This document shows positions 17,595 through 28,441 of a DNA stretch of 64,000 bases, in pieces. Source of the stretch: an uncultured Fretibacterium sp. (lineage in GTDB: Bacteria > Synergistota > Synergistia > Synergistales > Aminobacteriaceae); contig CAMVMK010000006.1 in assembly GCA_947168585.1 (NCBI GenBank), forward strand, positions 15,984 through 79,983, in the 5' to 3' direction. Each line of letters starts with the position of its first letter. Position 1 is the first letter of the stretch. A program made the position numbers and the translations under genes. The notes under the pieces are model-generated. The model was given only the letters and a program-made list of their open reading frames with translations. It searched no databases and was not told where the DNA came from.

Positions 17595-19799
17595 TTATTC
17601 CGCCGCAAGTACGCAGGCTCTTACGATAATATCAACTGCCTCGCCTTTAGTTACAGGTCTGCCGTAATGAAAATTTCCTTCGGGTGCGTAGACGTTCAAA
17701 ATTCCTAAACGTGCTAGTGCCGTTACTGAATCTAAATTGCGGTTTTTTTCGATTTTGAAAGGAATTTTTGAGCCTTTTTTATGCGGAACATTTTTTAACA
17801 TCGGGAAAGCCTCATAGACAGCCCGTGCAAGGTCGCCGCGTGAAATTAATTTATCTTTGTCAAGGCCGGACGGAGTAATTTTTTTCTTTATTTTCAAAAC
17901 TTCTTGAGCCCGCGAAATAATTTCTTTAATATTAATAGTCGTTACAAGTTCATCAATTCCGAAAACGCCTTTGTCATCGCCTTTAATAATTGCCATTTCC
18001 CAGACTGGGTCGTCTAAAAGGAGCGAAAGATTAAACGAAGCCGTATGAGGATATTCTCTCGGAGCGGTTAAGCCGTAAAGATTTGAAATTTGAATACTTT
18101 TATTTAAGGCGTGAGTTTCAGGAACGTCTTTATAATTGCAAAGCGAAAGATTAACGCCCGAATTTAATAATTCCCATTGAACTTTTAACGGGTGAACTTC
18201 GCGCGGCTGTTTCTTAGTGCTTACTGCAACGGCGGCTAATGCTCCGGCGGCTTGGCCTGTCATCATTGTTATAGGCTGGAGTCTTAAAGCCCCCTGAGCA
18301 AGACGCGACATTGATAAATTTTTCTCAGCAGCAATGAAGCCGTCAGTGTCTTTAGGAATTAAAATATTCATGGGAACTTGGAAAGGCCCACGCGGACGGT
18401 TTACTACGGCACTGTTTGCGCGTTCGTCTAAATCCCATTCCATATCGGAGTCAGTGTTAGCTCCGTGAAGGTCAAGAATATAACCGCCGAGAGCAATAGA
18501 ATCTGAAAATTCGTGGCTCGTCTGTCCGTCCCTGTAACTTAAAGAATTTTGTAAAAGTTCATGAGAAGTCAAAGTATGACTGCCGACAATACGCCGCGAC
18601 TCTCTTACGTAAGGAATAACAGGCATATGTTTAACAATTTCCTGCCATTCAAGCGGAAGATCTTTTGCGATTTCGGGGACAACTCTGCTGTTATATTCGT
18701 CTTCAGCAACGCTCCAATCTTCGCCGAGTTCGTTTTGAATGTAATATATAAAATGAAGAGTTTTAATTAAAGCCTCGCGTTCAACGTTACGTCTTAATTC
18801 TCTGTCATCGAGATAAGAAACAGGAAGGCCGCGTTTACCGTTCCAAGCGTAAGTGCCGGGATAATCGTTGCCCCAGTTTAAGACGGTTTTAGTTATATAT
18901 TCGCGGTTGGATTTTCCTGCGTCATAGCTGTAAGGGTTCATGCTGTCGGGAAGCCCTCTGTAAGCGTTATGAGTTATAAAATTCACGGGAGTTTCAACAG
19001 GATAAGTATTTCTGAAATTAAATCCGTCTGCTGATACATAACTCTCGTAATTTCTTTTAGCGAGTTCATAGCCCGGCAAAGGTTCACGGGGTCTTAAATT
19101 ATCCGGCACTCCCTGCATATATTTATGAATGACTGCAGGCCAAGTTATTTCCTGAACCATTGACTCGGGATTTAAGAAAGGCGAGACAGAATTTCCGGCT
19201 CTGTAAGGAATTTTGCTCAAAGGGATCATATCGCCGTATTCAGTAGCGTCAATTAAAATTTTGCAGACATAACGGCGGTCTCCCTCGCGTGTTCTGACAG
19301 TAACGCCTGTGATAGTATTTTTATTTTTATTTACGCTGATAATTTCGGAACTCATTAAAAAATCTATCGTGCCTTTACGTCTTGCCTCGTTGACTAAATT
19401 CACTAAAACTTCTTGGCCTATATGAGGCTCAAAGGCCACACTGTTTGGAGTCCAGTAACATGTTCCCATAGATTTATTGCGGTAGTCGTAATAATTTTTA
19501 ATACGCGAAATTAATTCACGGTAAAGTCCGCTCTGCTGACGGCTCATATCGTCCATCGTAGAAACTCCGGCGGCTGTGGCTTGTCCTCCGATCCAAGTGC
19601 TGGGCTCAACGACTAAAACGCTCGCCCCCATTCGTGCTGCCTGAATAGCTGCTGAAATTCCGCCTGTTCCTGCTCCGGCTACGATGATGTCATAAGAATT
19701 TCTTGCTGCCCTGCGTTGAGCAGAAAAAGCTGACGAAGACGAAAAAATTATCATAGCGGTTAATAATAAAATTACTCGCAGATTTCTTATAGATTTCAA
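17595..19799 (-). CDS. exported FAD-dependent oxidoreductase with an SLH-like C-terminal tail
   Basis: Signal peptide and Rossmann motif DIIVAGAGTGGISAAIQAARMGASVLVVE. The C-terminus (ALARLGILNVYAPEGNFHYGRPVTKGEAVDIIVRA) resembles an S-layer-homology motif. Confidence 0.75.
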   Translation of the reverse strand: MKSIRNLRVILLLTAMIIFSSSSAFSAQRRAARNSYDIIVAGAGTGGISAAIQAARMGASVLVVEPSTWIGGQATAAGVSTMDDMSRQQSGLYRELISRIKNYYDYRNKSMGTCYWTPNSVAFEPHIGQEVLVNLVNEARRKGTIDFLMSSEIISVNKNKNTITGVTVRTREGDRRYVCKILIDATEYGDMIPLSKIPYRAGNSVSPFLNPESMVQEITWPAVIHKYMQGVPDNLRPREPLPGYELAKRNYESYVSADGFNFRNTYPVETPVNFITHNAYRGLPDSMNPYSYDAGKSNREYITKTVLNWGNDYPGTYAWNGKRGLPVSYLDDRELRRNVEREALIKTLHFIYYIQNELGEDWSVAEDEYNSRVVPEIAKDLPLEWQEIVKHMPVIPYVRESRRIVGSHTLTSHELLQNSLSYRDGQTSHEFSDSIALGGYILDLHGANTDSDMEWDLDERANSAVVNRPRGPFQVPMNILIPKDTDGFIAAEKNLSMSRLAQGALRLQPITMMTGQAAGALAAVAVSTKKQPREVHPLKVQWELLNSGVNLSLCNYKDVPETHALNKSIQISNLYGLTAPREYPHTASFNLSLLLDDPVWEMAIIKGDDKGVFGIDELVTTINIKEIISRAQEVLKIKKKITPSGLDKDKLISRGDLARAVYEAFPMLKNVPHKKGSKIPFKIEKNRNLDSVTALARLGILNVYAPEGNFHYGRPVTKGEAVDIIVRACVLAAE

Positions 19800-19821
19800 A
19801 ACTTTAACACTCCTCGAAATT

Positions 19822-19874
19822 AATTAGGAAGATTTTATTTTTTTATTCCTAATTCATAACTCCTAATTCATAAT
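19822..19874. repeat. heptad AGG-repeat hairpin element in a divergent intergenic region
   Basis: AATTAGGAA-15 nt-TTCCTAATT (perfect 9 bp) followed by CATAACTCCTAATTCATAA. Confidence 0.75.
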
Positions 19875-19955
19875 CGTTGTAAATAATAACACCGACCGTT
19901 AAAATATGAAGCAAAATTTTTTTTCGGAGGCATTAAAATTTCACACGAAGAATTT

Positions 19956-21026
19956 ATGAACAGGGCTTTGACTTTAGCAAGCAATGGACGCGGAGAAACT
20001 TCCCCGAATCCTATGGTCGGCTGTGTCATAGTCAAAGATAATAAAATCATCGGCGAAGGCTGGCATCATAAGTGCGGAAATCCTCACGCCGAAATTGAAG
20101 CTCTCAATGACGCAAGAAGAAAAAATAATAACGTTGAGGGCTCGAGTGTTTATGTAACTCTTGAACCCTGCTCGCATTACGGAAAAACTCCCCCGTGTGC
20201 TGACAGGCTCGTTAAAGAAAAAATTTCCGAAGTTTTTATAGCTATGAGCGATCCTAATCCTAAAGTCAACGGAAAAGGCATTGAAATTTTACAGAACGCC
20301 GGAATAAAAGTTACGGAACTTAAAGACTTTGAACAGCAGGCCAAAGAATTAAATCGCGGTTTTATTTTCGTCCATAAATATAAAAGACCTTTCGTAACTC
20401 TCAAAGCTGCTTTAAGTCTTGACGGAAGATTAAGTTTAATTAACGGCGACAGTAAATGGCTCACGGGCATTGAAGCGCGGACAAAAGCTCACGAGATTAG
20501 AGCAATGAATGACGCTGTGCTTGTCGGAGTCGAAACCGTTTTGAAAGATAATCCGGAATTGACAGTGAGGCACGTCAAAGGAATTAATCCCAAAAGAATA
20601 ATTTTAGATTCAAGTTTAAGAACTCCCGAAAATTCTAAAATTATCGGCGATGATAACAAATGTATAATCTTGACGTTAAGCAATGACGGAGAAAAAATTT
20701 CAAGATTAAAAAATTCCGGCGCAGAAGTTATAACTTTGACGGAACTAAGCGTTAAAAATATTTTAGATTTTCTTGTTGAACGCGGCGTATTAAATTTAAT
20801 GGTCGAGGGCGGAGCAAAAGTTTTAAGTTCATTTTTTAAGAGCTGCTCTGCCGATGAAATTAAATTTTTTTATGCTCCGAAAATTTTAGGAGACGGAAAA
20901 AATTTTAATCTCGATATTAATTTTAATTCAGTCAGCGAGGCTTTAAGTTTACGCGAAATGAAATCGGAAATTTTAGGACAAGATATTTTAATAGAAGGGC
21001 GTTTGTCATGTTCACCGGACTTATAG
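19956..21026 (+). CDS. ribD: bifunctional riboflavin biosynthesis deaminase/reductase RibD
   Basis: Deaminase zinc motifs HAEIEAL and TLEPCSHYGKTPPC, with a C-terminal reductase domain. Confidence 0.9.
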   Translation: MNRALTLASNGRGETSPNPMVGCVIVKDNKIIGEGWHHKCGNPHAEIEALNDARRKNNNVEGSSVYVTLEPCSHYGKTPPCADRLVKEKISEVFIAMSDPNPKVNGKGIEILQNAGIKVTELKDFEQQAKELNRGFIFVHKYKRPFVTLKAALSLDGRLSLINGDSKWLTGIEARTKAHEIRAMNDAVLVGVETVLKDNPELTVRHVKGINPKRIILDSSLRTPENSKIIGDDNKCIILTLSNDGEKISRLKNSGAEVITLTELSVKNILDFLVERGVLNLMVEGGAKVLSSFFKSCSADEIKFFYAPKILGDGKNFNLDINFNSVSEALSLREMKSEILGQDILIEGRLSCSPDL

Positions 21027-21673
21027 AGAGGACAGGAACAGTAAAAAAATTTTTTCAGAGCGGAGAATTTTTCACTTTAACAATCGAGGCTGAAAATTTT
21101 TCCGGCGAACTCGTCAAAGGACAGTCAGTTTCAGTCAGCGGAGCTTGCTTGACAGTAACGCGCAACGATTTACATTCTTTTGACGTTCAGATGATGCGCG
21201 AGACTTTTAATAGAACGTGGTTTGGAAAATCTTTAAGAGCCGGAACTAAAGTTAATCTCGAACGCGCTATGAAATTAACGGACAGATTAGACGGCCATTT
21301 AGTTTTGGGACACGTAGACGGTATAGCGAAATTAATTGACATAAAAGGCACAGCAACTAAAGAAGCAGTTTTTTCGCCGGAAGATAAAAATTTACTTCGC
21401 GGAATTGTCTCGAAAGGCTCAGTAGCGATTGACGGAATAAGCCTCACGGTTATAAATGTCAATGACAAAAATTTTTCTGTCGGATTAATTCCCGAAACTT
21501 TAGCTCAAACTACGCTCGGAAATCTCAAGCCCGGAAATTTTATAAATCTTGAGACGGATATTTTAGGAAAATATGTCGCGCGCCTCACCTACCTGCCTGC
21601 AGGCACGGCGGGTTATAATGAAAACGAAAATAAAAATAACGGAAATTATTTAGCGTCGCTTTTGGAAAATTAA
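21008..21673 (+). CDS. ribE: riboflavin synthase alpha chain, with an atypical C-terminal tail read out of a repeat element
   Basis: MFTGLIE start and duplicated lumazine-binding barrels. The tail after KYVARL (TYLPAGTAGYNENENKNNG...) is encoded by the CCTCACCTACCTGCCTGCAGGCA repeat sequence. Confidence 0.85.
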   Translation: MFTGLIERTGTVKKFFQSGEFFTLTIEAENFSGELVKGQSVSVSGACLTVTRNDLHSFDVQMMRETFNRTWFGKSLRAGTKVNLERAMKLTDRLDGHLVLGHVDGIAKLIDIKGTATKEAVFSPEDKNLLRGIVSKGSVAIDGISLTVINVNDKNFSVGLIPETLAQTTLGNLKPGNFINLETDILGKYVARLTYLPAGTAGYNENENKNNGNYLASLLEN

Positions 21674-21694
21674 TTAAAAATTAATTTAGAAAAC

Positions 21695-21879
21695 GAGAAT
21701 TTAGGAATGAAAAAGATTAATTCTTCACTCTCAGCAAATTTTTAGGGAAATTCTGCTAATATTATAAAAAATTAAAAAAGGAGTGAAAAAATAATTGATT
21801 AGGAAAGGGATACGGGAAAAATTTTTAACGCCCTGTCTGCCGAACAGGCAGGCTCACCCCTCACTCCTAACCCCTCACT
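21695..21879 (+). repeat. cluster of heptad AGG-repeat units plus a CCTGTCTGCC/CAGGCAGG hairpin, between ribE and ribA
   Basis: GAGAATTTAGGAATG...ATTCTTCACTCTC; GGAGTGA...GATTAGGAAAGGG; 8-bp hairpin CCUGUCUG-CCGAA-CAGGCAGG; then CTCACCCCTCACTCCTAACCCCTCACT. Confidence 0.75.
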
Positions 21880-21890
21880 AAAAAATAAAA

Positions 21891-22541
21891 ATGAATTGCC
21901 ATAATCACGAACACGAAATTATAATTAAAAAGCCTGAATATAAACGCGTTGAAAGAAAACTTGAAGTTAAAATCCCGACTGAATACGGCGTGTTTAATGT
22001 CTTTGCTTATCGGGCTATAAATCAAGATGATGACGCTCACACTCATTTAGCTTTAATTATGGGAGATATTTCAACGGACGAACCTGTTTTAACGCGGGTT
22101 CACAGCGAATGTTTTACGGGCGATGTCTTAGGCTCACTTCGCTGCGACTGCGGGCCTCAGCTTCATACGGCTTTGAAAATGATTGCTGACGAGGAGCGCG
22201 GGGTTTTGCTTTATATGCGTCAGGAGGGACGCGGAATAGGCTTGTTGAATAAACTCCGTGCTTATAAACTTCAAGATGCCGGGCTCGATACAGTTGATGC
22301 TAATGTTGCTTTAGGTTTTCCGCCGGACATGCGCGAATATGGAACGGGCGCGGAAATTTTGAAAGATTTAGGGCTTAAAAAAATCCGTTTGATGACTAAC
22401 AATCCCGGCAAAATTTCAGGGCTTGAAGAATACGGCATTGAAATTGTCGAGAGAGTTCCTATTTTAATAAAGCCCAACGAGTTTAACGAAAAATATTTAA
22501 TCACAAAAGAAAACCGAATGGGTCATATCTTAAATATTTAA
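21891..22541 (+). CDS. ribA: GTP cyclohydrolase II (RibA domain only, no fused DHBP synthase)
   Basis: [23 protein letters not shown] zinc/active-site motif. At 216 aa it is a single domain. Confidence 0.85.
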   Translation: MNCHNHEHEIIIKKPEYKRVERKLEVKIPTEYGVFNVFAYRAINQDDDAHTHLALIMGDISTDEPVLTRVHSECFTGDVLGSLRCDCGPQLHTALKMIADEERGVLLYMRQEGRGIGLLNKLRAYKLQDAGLDTVDANVALGFPPDMREYGTGAEILKDLGLKKIRLMTNNPGKISGLEEYGIEIVERVPILIKPNEFNEKYLITKENRMGHILNI

Positions 22542-22556
22542 GGAGTAAAATTTTAC

Positions 22557-24330
<1,774 letters not shown>

Positions 24331-24332
24331 GA

Positions 24333-24376
24333 GTCAGGAAGTAGGAAGTAAAAGAAATTTTTTCGTTCCTGCTTGC
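24333..24376 (+). repeat. heptad AGG-repeat hairpin after serS
   Basis: GTCAGGAAGTAGGAAG...CGTTCCTGCTTGC. GUAGGAA pairs with UUCCUGC (7 bp including one U.G). Confidence 0.65.
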
Positions 24377-24386
24377 ATTGTAAATT

Positions 24387-26084
24387 ATGAATTATTATTT
24401 AATTGCAGGAAGTATTTTTATGTCCGTGCTGTGCGTGGTCATACAGTTTTTTTTGAAAAGAACTCTTGACCTCCGTCAGTACGGATATTTTCGCGATATA
24501 GTTTTAGTCGGTGCGTGGCTTGTCTTAGCGTCATGGTTTGGAAGTTTTGAAGCCCGTGTTGTAGTTGTAGCGGCTATGCTTGCGTGTTTTGCCGGAGTTG
24601 CTGAAAGTATTTATAAAGATTCCGGCTGGCGTTTCTTTTATCCGATTATAGGCGCGTTGTGTGCATATTTCGGTCCGCGTGTAAATTTTATTAGATTTCC
24701 TGACGGCGAATATGTTTATCTTGACCCGACATTTTCATTTATTGCCGGAACGGTCTGGTTTAGTTTCTTTCCGTTTATATTCAGATATTTAGACGAAATT
24801 CCCGGACTTGTCGGCCATGTTTTAGCAGTAACTTTTGTCTTAATGCTTGCTGCCTGCATAGCTACAGGAGCAGGGGCTTTCTTCATGACCTTTGCAGGAT
24901 TATTTTTAATCGTAGCTTTTTGGAGTCGTTTCGGAAATTTATATAGGCAGTCGGGGCGCGCTATGGCTTCGATGTGGGGAGTTATAGTTGCCGGTACAGC
25001 TTTTATCAGCAACACTAAAGGAATAATTTTAAGCACGGTTTTATTTTTGTCTCTTGGACTTTTTGCGATACCTGTAACGGAAATATTTTTTAATTTTGTC
25101 CGCGAAATTTTTACAGATCCCGATGTCCCGGAGCAAAATTCGGGCGAAAAAATTTATTCTCAAATGCTCAACGAGGGCGTAGAACACCCGGAGGCCGTTC
25201 AATCTGTCGCAGGGCTTTGCGCTTTGACGAGTATCGCGGCGGCTTGGGAACAATGGATAATAGCTTTAATAATAATTGTCTGCGTTTTTATTTTCAGACA
25301 TCGTAAAAAGAAAAATAATAATCAGACACGCCCTGAATTATGGGGAATTAAATTCGATAACGTATCTATGAATTACGCAATCTCAAAAGCTCGCGGATTA
25401 ATCTTAAATCCTGAAAGCGAAACGGCTCAATTAATCGTAACTCTAAACGCTACAGGAATGGAACTGACAGTTAAAGACCCGGATTTTTATGAAGTTGTGA
25501 AAAATTCCGCGATGATTTTGGCTGACGGTTTCGGACTTTGCTTAGGAATGAAGATAATGGGCTCACCTGTTCAAGAAAGAGTTGCGGGTATAGATTTTGC
25601 TGAACAGCTTTGCAGAGCCGCGAGTGCTGAAGGCTGGCCTGTATATTTTTGCGGAGCCGCCGGAGATACTTCAAAGAAAGCTGCCGAAGTTTTGAGCAAA
25701 AAATTTCCTGGATTAATCGTAGCAGGAGCGCGGGACGGATTTTTTGATATTAACGACACTTCAATCCCCGAAGAAATTTCAAAAAGCGGCGCGAAAATTT
25801 TACTTGCGGCAATGGGACAGCCCCGTCAGGAAAAATGGATTTTTATGCACCGTGAAATTTTAGGAAATATTATATGTGTCGGTGTCGGCGGAGCTTTTGA
25901 TGTTCTTTCAGGAAAATTAAACCGCGCTCCTTTATGGGTTCAGAAAATCGGCTTTGAATGGCTTTACAGAATGCTGCAGGAGCCCGGCCGCTGGAAGAAA
26001 AATCTTCCGTTAATAACTTTTGTATTTAGAATTTTAGCTTCAAGAATAGGATTAAAAGTTCGGCGTGAACATTCGCGGGATTAA
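24387..26084 (+). CDS. WecB/TagA/CpsF-family glycosyltransferase fused to an N-terminal polytopic membrane domain
   Basis: The C-terminal ~250 aa carry TagA/WecG-like segments (LVTLNATGMEL..., GIDF, WVQKIGFEWLYRMLQEPGRWKK). The N-terminal ~300 aa contain about 9 hydrophobic helices of unknown family. Confidence 0.7.
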   Translation: MNYYLIAGSIFMSVLCVVIQFFLKRTLDLRQYGYFRDIVLVGAWLVLASWFGSFEARVVVVAAMLACFAGVAESIYKDSGWRFFYPIIGALCAYFGPRVNFIRFPDGEYVYLDPTFSFIAGTVWFSFFPFIFRYLDEIPGLVGHVLAVTFVLMLAACIATGAGAFFMTFAGLFLIVAFWSRFGNLYRQSGRAMASMWGVIVAGTAFISNTKGIILSTVLFLSLGLFAIPVTEIFFNFVREIFTDPDVPEQNSGEKIYSQMLNEGVEHPEAVQSVAGLCALTSIAAAWEQWIIALIIIVCVFIFRHRKKKNNNQTRPELWGIKFDNVSMNYAISKARGLILNPESETAQLIVTLNATGMELTVKDPDFYEVVKNSAMILADGFGLCLGMKIMGSPVQERVAGIDFAEQLCRAASAEGWPVYFCGAAGDTSKKAAEVLSKKFPGLIVAGARDGFFDINDTSIPEEISKSGAKILLAAMGQPRQEKWIFMHREILGNIICVGVGGAFDVLSGKLNRAPLWVQKIGFEWLYRMLQEPGRWKKNLPLITFVFRILASRIGLKVRREHSRD

Positions 26085-26130
26085 ACTCGGGTGTTTACGC
26101 CAATTTTTATAGAAAAGAGAAATTTTTATA

Positions 26131-27246
26131 ATGGATTTTCAAATAATAAAATCACGTGTGGAAAAGCTGCGGGCTTTAATGTCCGACGAAAAACTTGACG
26201 CTTTCGTCTTAATTGTTGAGGAACGTGCAAATTCTGAAAGCTGTCATTATATTTCAGGTTTTAGAGGAAGCAGCGCGGCTTTGATAATTGACTTAAAAGA
26301 AGAAATTTTAATCACTGACGGACGCTATTTAACGCAGTCTAAAGAGCAGTCGCCGTTCAAAATCATAATTCAATCTGAATTTTCTTTGCCGGAATATATT
26401 TCGAGAGCTGTAAAAGATTCGGATTTTAAGCGGGTAGGCTATGAGGCTGAAAAAATTTCTCACTCTGAATTTCAAAAATTTTTCGCGCCGGTTAAAGTTG
26501 AATGGGTTGACGCTTCGGATTTAATCTTAAAATTACGCCGTACTAAAGACGATTACGAAATTTCAATGATTAAGCAGGCCGCTAAGATCGGCCGCGAAGC
26601 CCTAAAAAACGCCCTTAAAAAAGTTTATATCGGAATGAGCGAAATAGAATTTGATATTAAACTCATGGAAGAAATTAAACTTTTAGGCGCAGAAAAAGGC
26701 TGGGCTCATGATGATTTTATCGTAGCATCAGGAACAAGAAGCGCAATGTGCCACGCCCCTGCGACTCTTAAAAAATTTGAAAGCGGCGAAAATGTTACGG
26801 TCGATTACGGCGCAATGGTAGGCGGCTATATGAGCGACATAACGAGAAATTTTGTGCTCGGACATGCCGATAAAAAAGCCCTCGAAATTAACGAAATTTT
26901 ATTGAAAGCCCACCGCGAAGCAGCAAAAATTTTACGTCCCGGAATTTCAGGCAAAGAAGTCGACGCAGCAGCAAGAAAAATTATTTCTGATTCAGGCTAC
27001 GGGAAAAATTTTCTTCACGGCTTAGGACACGGACTCGGCCTCGAAGTTCACGAAACTCCGCGCCTTTCAAGAACTTCAAACGATATTTTGCAGGCCGGTG
27101 ATGTTGTTACGATTGAGCCGGGAATTTATATCGAAGGCTGGGGCGGTCTTAGAATTGAAGACGACTATTTAATCACGCCTGACGGAGCTCAGTGTTTGAC
27201 AGTAAACGACAATCAAAGCCTTATTCAGTTAGGGGTGAGGGGTTAG
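26131..27246 (+). CDS. pepP: Xaa-Pro aminopeptidase (M24B)
   Basis: Creatinase-like N-domain and metal ligand motifs (VDYGAMVGGYMSDITR; HGLGHGLGLEVHE; TIEPGIY). Confidence 0.85.
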   Translation: MDFQIIKSRVEKLRALMSDEKLDAFVLIVEERANSESCHYISGFRGSSAALIIDLKEEILITDGRYLTQSKEQSPFKIIIQSEFSLPEYISRAVKDSDFKRVGYEAEKISHSEFQKFFAPVKVEWVDASDLILKLRRTKDDYEISMIKQAAKIGREALKNALKKVYIGMSEIEFDIKLMEEIKLLGAEKGWAHDDFIVASGTRSAMCHAPATLKKFESGENVTVDYGAMVGGYMSDITRNFVLGHADKKALEINEILLKAHREAAKILRPGISGKEVDAAARKIISDSGYGKNFLHGLGHGLGLEVHETPRLSRTSNDILQAGDVVTIEPGIYIEGWGGLRIEDDYLITPDGAQCLTVNDNQSLIQLGVRG

Positions 27247-27311
27247 GCGTTAAAAAAATAAAAAAATATGAGAAAATACATAAAAAATTTTTATAAAAGG
27301 AGCGAAAAATA

Positions 27312-27383
27312 GTTAGGAGTTAGAAAGCAGGAAGCAGGAAGTGTTGAAAATCACTTCTCACCCATCACTTCTCACTCCTCACT
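27312..27383 (+). repeat. heptad AGG-repeat element (purine arm, loop, pyrimidine arm)
   Basis: GTTAGGAGTTAGAAAGCAGGAAGCAGGAAGTG-TTGAAAAT-CACTTCTCACCCATCACTTCTCACTCCTCAC. Only segmental helices form (7 bp plus 5 bp plus 5 bp). Confidence 0.75.
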
Positions 27384-27397
27384 AAATTTAGAACATC

Positions 27398-28441
27398 ATG
27401 GGAGTATTAAAACATTACAAAGAACTTTTACCGATCACACCCGCCACACCGAACGTTAATCTTGAAGAAGGCAACACGCCGTTAATTTTTCTGCCCCGTG
27501 TCAGCGAAAGACTTGAAATAAAACTTTACGGAAAATTCGAGGGCTGCAATCCTTCAGGCTCTTTCAAAGACAGAGGCATGGTCTTGGCCGTAGCTAAGGC
27601 TCTTGAAGACGGCAAACGCGCAGTAATCTGTGCTTCAACTGGCAACACGTCTGCAAGTGCTGCGGCTTACGCTGCTTCGCAGGGTATTCCGTGCTTCGTT
27701 TTGTTGCCCGCCGGAAAAGTCGCGCTCGGAAAATTAGCTCAGGCTTTAATGTACGGTGCTAAAGTTATTGCAGTCAAAGGAAATTTCGACCGGGCTTTAG
27801 AACTTGCCCGCGAGGGTGCTGAAAAAACAGGCTGTGCTATGGTAAATTCCGTTAATCCTTACAGATTAATCGGCCAGCGTTCAGGAGCTTGGGAAATTTG
27901 CGACGTTTTAGGAAAAGCCCCCGACTGGCACGCTATCCCTGTAGGAAATGCCGGAAACATCAGCGCTTACTGGGCAGGCTACAACGAATATAAAAAATTA
28001 GGCAAAATTAATAATCTTCCCCGAATGATGGGCTTCCAAGCTGAAGGTGCTGCTCCGCTCGTCTTTAATAAGCCTTGTCCGAACCCTGAGACTATCGCAA
28101 CTGCAATCAGAATTGGAAATCCCGTCAGTGCTCATTTAGCACGCGCCGCTGTGAGCGAATCGGGCGGCGAATTTAATTCAGTAACTGATGAAGAAATTTT
28201 AGCTGCTCAGAAAATTTTAGCTGCTGAGGGAGGAGTTTTCGCTGAGCCTGCTTCATGTGCGCCGCTCGCAGGATTAATTAAACTTAAAAAGCTCGGCAAA
28301 CTTCCCGAAGGTATCACAGTAACAATGATTTTGACGGGCAACGGCTTAAAAGATCCTGATACAGCTATGTCGCAAGTAGGCAAGCCCATTGAAATCAATG
28401 ATACTCTTGAAGATTTAATGAAAGTTTTAGAACATGATTAG
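27398..28441 (+). CDS. thrC: threonine synthase
   Basis: PLP lysine motif (NPSGSFKDRG) and GNTSASAAAYA. Confidence 0.9.
   Translation: MGVLKHYKELLPITPATPNVNLEEGNTPLIFLPRVSERLEIKLYGKFEGCNPSGSFKDRGMVLAVAKALEDGKRAVICASTGNTSASAAAYAASQGIPCFVLLPAGKVALGKLAQALMYGAKVIAVKGNFDRALELAREGAEKTGCAMVNSVNPYRLIGQRSGAWEICDVLGKAPDWHAIPVGNAGNISAYWAGYNEYKKLGKINNLPRMMGFQAEGAAPLVFNKPCPNPETIATAIRIGNPVSAHLARAAVSESGGEFNSVTDEEILAAQKILAAEGGVFAEPASCAPLAGLIKLKKLGKLPEGITVTMILTGNGLKDPDTAMSQVGKPIEINDTLEDLMKVLEHD

Noticed and set aside
19800-19955. An FMN (RFN) riboswitch was expected upstream of ribD.
   Set aside because: None of the conserved RFN segments (for example the GGGCGGGG..., CCGACAGT... and GGATGGGAGA-type cores) can be seen on either strand. 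The region holds only a 9-bp AATTAGGAA/TTCCTAATT hairpin. A covariance-model search would be decisive.
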